This document shows positions 1-4,845 of a stretch of DNA of 6,012 nt, piece by piece. The stretch is from a virus. Under the pieces are notes generated by a model. It was given only the letters and a program-made list of their open reading frames with translations, did not search any database and was not told the DNA's origin. A program made the position numbers and the translations under genes. Location of the stretch: the IMG/VR virus record IMGVR_UViG_3300020030_000050, positions 1 through 6,012 of that record. One strand, 5' to 3'. How positions within the stretch are numbered: the first letter of the stretch is position 1; the number at the start of each line of letters is the position of its first letter.

Positions 1-121
1 CATCAGAACGGACAATCTGATAGGCAAGGTTAATACGATTATACGTACGATTCGAACTCTCAACGGCAGAGGGATAAAACTGACTCTCAAAATAGGCATC
101 AAGACTCTCAACAGCCCCTAC
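1..121. repeat. Terminal direct repeat, copy 1: assembly overlap of a circular genome (unit length 5,891 nt)
   Basis: Bases 1-121 (catcagaacggacaatctg...caacagcccctac) match 5892-6012 base for base, with a constant offset of 5891. The repeat lies inside one continuous capsid reading frame. Confidence 0.97.
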
Positions 122-778
122 TCTCTGATTAAAGAATCGAGCGGGAGTGGAGGCGCCAGGATAAACAAGGAGATATTCCGATCCGCTATAACCAACACGC
201 CAAGAAGCGGGCCAAGCGAACGAATAAACTGACCACTGCGAATAGGCATAATAATTACGGACGATATCCCAATAAGCCAGGTAAGAATCCGCGTTCGCAT
301 AAAGCAACTCATTCGAAGCAACGTTATTGGTTTGATCAACCTGGTCATAGTTAGGGGAAGTTCCATTGCCATATTCGTGATTGCAGATACGGAGCCAATT
401 GAAAAGACTATTAGAGAACGCCGAGGTATCTCCATTAAAAAGTCCAGCAGTCGCGCTATTAACAGAGGTGGGCAGCCAATTCCACGACAGATCATTCATG
501 TCAAAACTGCTACTATTCGTCCGCATCTCCGGATGATAAAGCTGCATTGGAACCCAGAAACGATGCAAACGTGCCGTATAAGGGTTAAAAGACGGCACAG
601 CAAGAGGATTCGAACGAACATCAATACCCTGTGCAATCGAAACACGATCTCGAGCATTGATAAAGTCGATACGTACCGGATATAAAATTCCTGGAGTGCA
701 AGAAAACGCCTTGCTCTCGGGGACATCATACCGAGAATAACCATTCACGGCATGTGAAACAAAAGGTTGTTTACCCAT
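1..778 (-). CDS. Major capsid protein (Microviridae F/VP1 family), 5' part. It continues across the circular junction into 5891..4846, giving 607 aa in total.
   Basis: ATG at 778 (cat 776-778). I hand-translated the minus strand from 778 to 1 and found no stop: MGKQPFVSHAVNGYSRYDVPESKAFSCTPGILYPVRIDFINARDRVSIAQGIDVRSNPLAVPSFNPYTARLHRFWVPMQLYHPEMRTNSS...NRINLAYQIVRSD. The frame joins the 4846..5883 ORF exactly (778+1046=1824 nt=608 codons). The ORF track omits it because it has no stop inside the window. The N-terminal pattern (G.L.P...D...R..P...P......F.VP) is typical of microvirus capsid proteins. Confidence 0.93.
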   Translation of the reverse strand, partial: MGKQPFVSHAVNGYSRYDVPESKAFSCTPGILYPVRIDFINARDRVSIAQGIDVRSNPLAVPSFNPYTARLHRFWVPMQLYHPEMRTNSSSFDMNDLSWNWLPTSVNSATAGLFNGDTSAFSNSLFNWLRICNHEYGNGTSPNYDQVDQTNNVASNELLYANADSYLAYWDIVRNYYAYSQWSVYSFAWPASWRVGYSGSEYLLVYPGASTPARFFNQRVGAVESLDAYFESQFYPSAVESSNRTYNRINLAYQIVRSD

Positions 779-782
779 AAAA

Positions 783-1856
783 CTAAATTATTGTTAAACC
801 ATAATTATCTTTCCAGAACAGAATAATATCTTCATCCAACCATACAGGAGGATCGAATTCGGGAATACTACCTGCACTGCGAAATTCATATACTTTTTTT
901 AGTTCCCAACTATACGACGCTCGAGAGGATACGGCGGAACACAAGGCTTTAGCCTTAACACACTGAGAAACAATATGACGAACCAGAGAAGACTTGCTAA
1001 AACGTGCGTAAGCGTCAGAGGAAAGAATTGCACGCACATCCTTCTCGGGGTCTGTAAGATATCTATCATAGTAACGAGGAATCGCATAATTAAACGTGCG
1101 ACCAGAAAAAGAGCGATCCGCGTAAGACCATAAACGAACGCGATGAGAAGGGCGAGGCATAATACCGAGATAATCACCGACTCCGGCTGAGATGAATTTT
1201 CGAGTATAGCGCTTATGCTGAAGCAAGGCGGAAAGTGGGACATTGACATCATTAATTCTTACTGTTTTTCCTGCAACATCGACAGGGTTAAATTTAATTT
1301 GCTTGGTGACGTATTTGACACAATAGCGGGCTCGTTTTACATTAGCCTTAGCGAGCCAAACATGGCCTAAATCAGCAACGGCACTGCGCAAAGTATTATA
1401 TAAAACATCAGTACCGAACAAAAAGCCATGAAAATGTAAGCGAGGCTCCGTACCAACTTCCGGGTGCGTACCGAATTCTTGAAAGAACGCATGTTTGAAA
1501 GAATGTCCAATGCGATGACGGACACGTTCATTCCAACGACGAATAAAACCAGAAGGATCAATAAGGGCATCTTTATAATATTTAGGAGAAATAGTTATAG
1601 TAATAAAAATGGCCTGCCGCGATTCAGCCTTGCAGCGGGCGAGCTCGCGTTCTAACCTAACAAACCAATCATTACGCTGACGACGAAGGCAATCCTCGCA
1701 ATGTCCGCAAGGAACCATAATCCATTGACGGGCAATATCCCATGGACGGAGAGCCAATGCAGATTTATGATCCGCATCAACATTGAAACCAACACGAGGT
1801 CTCTTTTTATCGTAATAACGACGATTACGAATCCATATAGGATGTTGGCAGGCCAT
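783..1856 (-). CDS. Rolling-circle replication initiation protein (Microviridae VP4 / gene A-like, HUH superfamily)
   Basis: 357-aa ORF starting at ATG. It carries the N-terminal Cys cluster C50-G-H-C53-E-D-C56, RCR motif I (AIFITITIS, residues 82-90), the HUH motif (RLHFHGFLFG, H141/H143), and a two-tyrosine catalytic motif (ARYCVKYVTKQ, Y178/Y182; compare phiX174 A protein YVAKYVNK). The TAG stop lies 4 nt before the capsid ATG. Confidence 0.95.
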   Translation of the reverse strand: MACQHPIWIRNRRYYDKKRPRVGFNVDADHKSALALRPWDIARQWIMVPCGHCEDCLRRQRNDWFVRLERELARCKAESRQAIFITITISPKYYKDALIDPSGFIRRWNERVRHRIGHSFKHAFFQEFGTHPEVGTEPRLHFHGFLFGTDVLYNTLRSAVADLGHVWLAKANVKRARYCVKYVTKQIKFNPVDVAGKTVRINDVNVPLSALLQHKRYTRKFISAGVGDYLGIMPRPSHRVRLWSYADRSFSGRTFNYAIPRYYDRYLTDPEKDVRAILSSDAYARFSKSSLVRHIVSQCVKAKALCSAVSSRASYSWELKKVYEFRSAGSIPEFDPPVWLDEDIILFWKDNYGLTII

Positions 1857-2068
1857 TAAAAAAAGGATTGTAAAATATCATAAAGACGAGTAGGATGAGC
1901 CTTGCGGGAAGAGACAAGAAACTCAGCAGCTTCATCAATATGCTCAAACCAAGCAATAATAGTACGCCTGTTTTGATGATAAACACCAACAGACCAGCGA
2001 AATTTTATATTACCAGAACGAGGACCATAGACAGGTCTATTTGCGTCATACTTATCCATAAAAGTCAT
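1856..2068 (-). CDS. Hypothetical 70-aa protein, translationally coupled to Rep; possible small DNA-binding protein
   Basis: ATG at 2068. T-ending codon bias matches the core genes. Its TAA stop overlaps the Rep ATG by 1 nt (minus strand ...TTTTAATGGCC...). Sequence: MTFMDKYDANRPVYGPRSGNIKFRWSVGVYHQNRRTIIAWFEHIDEAAEFLVSSRKAHPTRLYDILQSFF. I recognise no family with certainty. Confidence 0.7.
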   Translation of the reverse strand: MTFMDKYDANRPVYGPRSGNIKFRWSVGVYHQNRRTIIAWFEHIDEAAEFLVSSRKAHPTRLYDILQSFF

Positions 2069-2075
2069 TTAAGGG

Positions 2076-2104
2076 GTTCGATTCGGCCAAGGCCGACTGC
2101 GAAC
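2076..2104. promoter_or_regulatory. GC-rich hairpin 8 nt upstream of the 70-aa ORF start
   Basis: gttcg (2076-2080) pairs with cgaac (2100-2104). Inner stem tcggc (2083-2087) pairs with gccga (2092-2096) around a caag loop, with a small asymmetric internal loop between the two stems. No T-run follows on the minus strand, so it is not a classical intrinsic terminator. Confidence 0.55.
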
Positions 2105-2112
2105 AGATGGAA

Positions 2113-2197
2113 GAATCCCCGAAGACAGAGTACGCTAAAGCGCTATAATGGTCTCGGTTTCACTGAACGCATCACGTATCAGAGTTATCGGGGATTC
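2113..2197. promoter_or_regulatory. 85-nt long-range stem-loop in the 180-nt non-coding region (function unknown; ssDNA/RNA structural element)
   Basis: A perfect 10-bp inverted repeat, gaatccccga (2113-2122) / tcggggattc (2188-2197), encloses 65 nt. Those 65 nt contain a nested hairpin at 2163-2182 (ctga-a-cgc atcac gcg... i.e. ctgaacgcatcacgtatcag: 4 bp + mismatch + 3 bp, 5-nt loop) and the agcgct palindrome. No ORF longer than 9 codons occurs on the minus strand here. Confidence 0.6.
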
Positions 2198-2248
2198 AAG
2201 TGTTAAAGAACCTTGCCGCCAAGAGAGCGGACTACAACGCGAGAACCA

Positions 2249-2560
2249 TTACGCGTCTTTTTCTTTCGCCTGCTCATCGAAGTCAAGATTAAATACAATG
2301 AAATTGGGATAGAATTGCATACCAGCGAAACGTGGACTCGAAGCTATATACGAAACCACCACATGAAGATGCGCAGCGTCAACATATGCCTGAGTACCAA
2401 GAAGCGAATCAAAATGAATCGCCGAGGCCAAGCGAGTATCAACATTTGCAAGGTTGGGTCGAAGGTCCTCAAAGGCTTTGAAGTGACCATCAGCAATTTC
2501 GCCAGCTACAAAATCAAACACCGGAATACCGGCTCCAAGAATACGAATGATAATCTGCAT
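2249..2560 (-). CDS. Hypothetical 103-aa protein (ORFan by eye)
   Basis: ATG at 2560, TAA stop at 2249-2251. Codon usage is T-ending like the core genes (ATG CAG ATT ATC ATT CGT ATT CTT GGA GCC GGT ATT...). The protein is MQIIIRILGAGIPVFDFVAGEIADGHFKAFEDL...NLDFDEQAKEKDA, with a hydrophobic beta-like N-terminus and an acidic C-terminus. I recognise no motif. Confidence 0.65.
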   Translation of the reverse strand: MQIIIRILGAGIPVFDFVAGEIADGHFKAFEDLRPNLANVDTRLASAIHFDSLLGTQAYVDAAHLHVVVSYIASSPRFAGMQFYPNFIVFNLDFDEQAKEKDA

Positions 2561-2646
2561 AATAGTAAAATGTTTGTTATTAAGGTTTTGTAATCAATTA
2601 CTTACTCTTTCAGATACTTGTTGTTAATAGTCACTCTACAAAGCTT

Positions 2647-2886
2647 TCAAAGAGCGTTGATAGCTACCCAGAATTCCGCACCTTGGGAGGTGTCAGACCA
2701 AGCAAACGCAGCTCTAATGAAGCAGCGAGGTTCTATAGAAACGAAGTCACGATAAGCCTCAAATCCAGTCGAAACACCTTTGTATTTCGGCTCAAAACGG
2801 ACTCGATGATACTCAAGCCAAAAAGCGTCAAAGCTCGAGTGGTCCTCCAGAAAGCGATTAGAGCCGCCGATAGTAATGCGTGCCAT
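2647..2886 (-). CDS. Hypothetical 79-aa protein (ORFan by eye)
   Basis: ATG at 2886, TGA stop at 2647-2649, T-ending codon bias. The composition looks globular: MARITIGGSNRFLEDHSSFDAFWLEYHRVRFEPKYKGVSTGFEAYRDFVSIEPRCFIRAAFAWSDTSQGAEFWVAINAL. It has an aromatic-rich C-terminal F-x-W-x-x-T-x-Q-G-x-x-F-W motif. Confidence 0.68.
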   Translation of the reverse strand: MARITIGGSNRFLEDHSSFDAFWLEYHRVRFEPKYKGVSTGFEAYRDFVSIEPRCFIRAAFAWSDTSQGAEFWVAINAL

Positions 2887-2911
2887 AATGATTTGTTTTT
2901 AAGTTACAATA

Positions 2912-2919
2912 CAAATATA
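2912..2919 (-). promoter_or_regulatory. Candidate Bacteroidota-type -7 promoter element (TAnnTTTG)
   Basis: The minus strand reads TATATTTG, an exact match to the Bacteroides primary-sigma -7 consensus TAnnTTTG. It sits 25 nt upstream of the 79-aa ORF ATG. It is the only exact match I found on the coding strand in a hand scan for CAAAnnTA on the plus strand. No well-spaced -33 TTTG is present: candidates lie 3 and 36 nt upstream. Confidence 0.4.
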
Positions 2920-2932
2920 GCCCAAAAATCAG

Positions 2933-2966
2933 GAACATCTAAGGATAAATCAGAACAAAGATGTTC
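2933..2966 (-). terminator. Hairpin followed by a T-run, downstream of the pilot gene (weak candidate terminator/attenuator)
   Basis: 8-bp inverted repeat gaacatct (2933-2940) / agatgttc (2959-2966) with an 18-nt loop. On the minus strand the stem is followed by cctgattttt (T5). The large loop and AT-containing stem make it weak. Confidence 0.35.
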
Positions 2967-2979
2967 AAAATCGGATAAA

Positions 2980-4209
2980 TCAACGTCTGATCTCATGTCG
3001 GCTAACAGTAGTTCCACCAATAAATTCTCCTTGTTCATTTGAATACGATTTAGTTTCACTCATAATAGAGCCACTACCACGAACGGCTTTAGCGCCAATA
3101 TAAGAGCCAGTAATATCCATAGCTCCAGCAATAACTGACTTAGCAACAGCATAACCCAACGCATTCTTGGCGGAACGATTAGAAAACCAGTTACCAGCAA
3201 CACCTTGCTTACCGAAGGTGAGGTTAAGACCAAGAAGAACCTTTTGCATCTCCTCGCCTGTCATCTCAATAGTCTTACCATTAGGCTTACCACTCTCGTC
3301 AACATCAGGAACAGGAATCTTAGTATTCCAATTCAACTGGAACCACTTTTGAGCATCCTGGACAGATATCTGCTGATGTCCAGCCTGAGCAGAAGTGAGA
3401 ATATACTGGGCCTTAAGAAGAGCAAGAGAAGACTGCATATACTCATCAAGATATTTATTACGACCCTTAATATTCTCATACTCCTCTTTCAAGACACCAA
3501 CACGAGCAATGATCTCTTCAAGGGCATAACCGGAGGTAGTCTCAGTAAGCCAAGCATTGACCTTCTCGATATCGCGCTGAGCGGACAACATGTCAAGCTT
3601 AACATCGGCAGAAAGATCATCTTTGCCACGAATAGAAAGATCGAGATCATCCATAGCCTTACGCCATTCAGCAGAATGAGTGTCGCCACGAGCGCGATCA
3701 GCTTCAGCTCGATCACGATCAGCGGCGGCTTCGTTGCGCTCACGTTCGGAAGAAACAAGACCAATACGGGCTGCAGCGAGAGGATCACCGGAGAAAGTCT
3801 GAGGAGAACCAATAGGAGCGCCGCCAGAAGGACCGGAACCACCAGAAGGGGCGCCACCAGAAGAGGTGGGAACAGTAGCGGAAACACCAACGCCAGAGGA
3901 ACCAAGAACAGCAGCAGGCGTAACACCAGCCTTGAGATAACGTTCAAAAACCTTAGAAGGATCGTTATAAGCATTCTCGTAATCAAACATCTCCTTGTCG
4001 TGGGTGAGCTGATATTCGGCAGATTTAGCCATCTGTTCAAGGGCGTACTGCTGCTGAAGCTTCATTTGCTTCTGCTGATACTTCCACTGGCGACGGGCAG
4101 CAATGCCACCAAAAAGAGCATTACCAAGACCAGCGCCTCCAGCGTTACCAAAAGAGGTGGCGGCACTAGAACCCATGCCTTGGAGAGCAGATGTTAAAAA
4201 AGGCGTCAT
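2980..4209 (-). CDS. DNA pilot / minor capsid protein (Microviridae VP2 / H-like)
   Basis: 409-aa ORF starting at ATG. It has a Gly/Ala-rich N-terminus (GMGSSAATSFGNAGGAGLGNALFGGIAARR) and a Q-rich helix (KYQQKQMKLQQQYALEQM). The segment DYENAYNDPSKVFERYLKAGVTPAAVLG matches the usual VP2 pattern (YNsP...R...AGlNP..). It also has a Gly/Ser/Pro linker and a long charged coiled-coil-like region. Size and position after the capsid module fit. Confidence 0.85.
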   Translation of the reverse strand: MTPFLTSALQGMGSSAATSFGNAGGAGLGNALFGGIAARRQWKYQQKQMKLQQQYALEQMAKSAEYQLTHDKEMFDYENAYNDPSKVFERYLKAGVTPAAVLGSSGVGVSATVPTSSGGAPSGGSGPSGGAPIGSPQTFSGDPLAAARIGLVSSERERNEAAADRDRAEADRARGDTHSAEWRKAMDDLDLSIRGKDDLSADVKLDMLSAQRDIEKVNAWLTETTSGYALEEIIARVGVLKEEYENIKGRNKYLDEYMQSSLALLKAQYILTSAQAGHQQISVQDAQKWFQLNWNTKIPVPDVDESGKPNGKTIEMTGEEMQKVLLGLNLTFGKQGVAGNWFSNRSAKNALGYAVAKSVIAGAMDITGSYIGAKAVRGSGSIMSETKSYSNEQGEFIGGTTVSRHEIRR

Positions 4210-4211
4210 AA

Positions 4212-4409
4212 TTAAAGCTTATTGATGCGACCACGGGAGTCGTAGGTTATGGTCATCACAACCGAGTCCTTGCCAGAAAAAGAAGTTGCAGTTTGCTGAA
4301 CACGATGCACAGTAGCGCAACCAGAAACAAAGAACGCCGCAAGAGCAGCAACAATGGCGGAAATAAGAGTCCAGAACTTTTTCGAAGTAATAAGCTGTTT
4401 AAATGTCAT
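4212..4409 (-). CDS. Small predicted lipoprotein (65-aa precursor, 35-aa mature peptide)
   Basis: ATG at 4409. The TAA stop is 2 nt before the pilot-gene ATG. T-ending codon bias. Sequence: MTFKQLITSKKFWTLISAIVAALAAFFVSG|CATVHRVQQTATSFSGKDSVVMTITYDSRGRINKL. It has a Lys-rich n-region, a hydrophobic core, and lipobox V-S-G-C (Cys31 = TGC, 4317-4319). Confidence 0.75.
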   Translation of the reverse strand: MTFKQLITSKKFWTLISAIVAALAAFFVSGCATVHRVQQTATSFSGKDSVVMTITYDSRGRINKL

Positions 4410-4433
4410 AGCAGTAGAAAACGATTAAAGAAA

Positions 4434-4506
4434 TGCGCGGCCTCTCCGGCAGTCGCTACCAAGAACCTCTAACCATTCAAGCATTCTGCTCAGAGGGGTC
4501 CGCGCA
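4434..4506 (-). terminator. 73-nt GC-clamped imperfect hairpin followed by a T-rich tract (candidate leaky terminator/attenuator, or ssDNA priming structure)
   Basis: Three stems are separated by small bulges. tgcgcgg (4434-4440) pairs with ccgcgca (4500-4506). cctct (4441-4445) pairs with agagg (4492-4496). gcag (4449-4452) pairs with ctgc (4486-4489). On the minus strand the structure is followed by TTTCTTTAATCGTTTTC (4433-4417) and then the lipoprotein ATG. Confidence 0.5.
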
Positions 4507-4538
4507 CGTAACATATATCATCGAGTAAAGAGACCTTA

Positions 4539-4835
4539 CTATTTCTTTTCAGGATCGGTAGGTGTCGAACTCGACGGTTTTGTATCCAACTGAGAATCAA
4601 TAAGTTCCTGACCTACTTCAAGACCATCAAACTTATCCATGCGAGAATAAGAATTCGGGTCAAACTTTAAATCCGGATCATATTTTTCTCCTTTATCCCA
4701 ATCAGACTGGGTAGCCTCAACATCGGGACGACCGGGAAGAACGTCAACAGAACCGGAACCATCAAGAACAGAACGAATACGTTGACCACGAGAAATATAT
4801 TGACCAGGAGTCTCAAAAAGCCAATCAAGTGCCAT
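4539..4835 (-). CDS. Hypothetical 98-aa acidic protein directly downstream of the capsid gene; possibly a scaffolding-type protein
   Basis: The ORF track begins this ORF at a TTG (4871) inside the capsid gene. The first ATG is at 4835 (MALDWLFETPGQYISRGQRI...), 10 nt after the capsid TAA, and I prefer it. The protein is Asp/Glu/Pro-rich (DWDKGEKYDPDLKFDPNSYSRMDKFDGLEVGQELIDSQLD...TDPEKK). It ends in tandem stops TAG-TAA (4541-4536). T-ending codon bias. Confidence 0.65.
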   Translation of the reverse strand: MALDWLFETPGQYISRGQRIRSVLDGSGSVDVLPGRPDVEATQSDWDKGEKYDPDLKFDPNSYSRMDKFDGLEVGQELIDSQLDTKPSSSTPTDPEKK

Positions 4836-4845
4836 AATACACAAA

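Noticed and set aside
2073-2084. ggggttcgattc resembles a tRNA T-loop (GGTTCGATTCC).
   Set aside because: The flanking bases cannot form the 5-bp T-stem (agggg vs cggcc), and no acceptor, D or anticodon arms can be built around it. The sequence is instead part of the 2076-2104 hairpin.
2590-2601. The small palindrome gtaatcaattac and sigma70-like hexamers (TTAACA / TAAGTA) in the AT-rich 2561-2646 spacer upstream of the 103-aa ORF.
   Set aside because: The -10 candidate matches TATAAT at only 2 of 6 positions. The nearest Bacteroides-type motif (AAGCTTTG, 2639-2646) has a mismatch in the TA dinucleotide. Such words are expected by chance in AT-rich sequence.
3670-3690. An RGD tripeptide (…DRARGDTHS…) in the pilot protein.
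   Set aside because: It lies in an Arg/Asp-rich charged segment where RGD arises readily by chance. There is no reason to infer integrin-type adhesion in a bacteriophage.
3489-4040. A 183-aa extremely Leu/Val/Pro-rich ORF in the +1 frame of the pilot gene, and similar +1-frame ORFs at 118-495, 496-744, 899-1252 and 4968-5228.
   Set aside because: T-rich third codon positions of the real genes become position 2 in the +1 frame. That automatically gives hydrophobic residues and removes stop codons (TAA/TAG/TGA need A/G at position 2). Some start at non-ATG codons. There is no independent evidence for them.
3205-4197. A 330-aa plus-strand ORF antisense to the pilot gene, and the other plus-strand ORFs (332-685, 1464-1655, 1895-2206, 2213-2593, 2683-3042, 3167-3352, 5005-5286).
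   Set aside because: All are antisense to well-supported minus-strand genes. Their products are low-complexity, R/K/N/S/T-rich sequences without motifs, and no other gene is on this strand. Known microviruses transcribe one strand only. Long antisense frames follow from the codon-composition bias of the sense genes.
4434-4506. A possible tRNA: the element is exactly 73 nt with a 7-bp terminal (acceptor-like) stem.
   Set aside because: The interior folds as an extension of the same hairpin, not a cloverleaf. Neither strand has a T-arm with a GTTCRANYC loop, a D-arm, or an anticodon stem with a U33-containing 7-nt loop.
4497-4530. A dif-like XerC/XerD site (gcgcacgtaacatatatcatcgagtaaag vs E. 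coli dif GGTGCGCATAATGTATATTATGTTAAAT), relevant because Bacteroidota microvirus prophages are thought to integrate via host Xer.
   Set aside because: The resemblance needs indels that break the strict 11-6-11 architecture, and the conserved XerD arm TTATGTnAAnT is absent. The other TTATG occurrences I checked (e.g. 4832-4850 on the minus strand) also fail. A search with a Bacteroidota dif profile would be needed.
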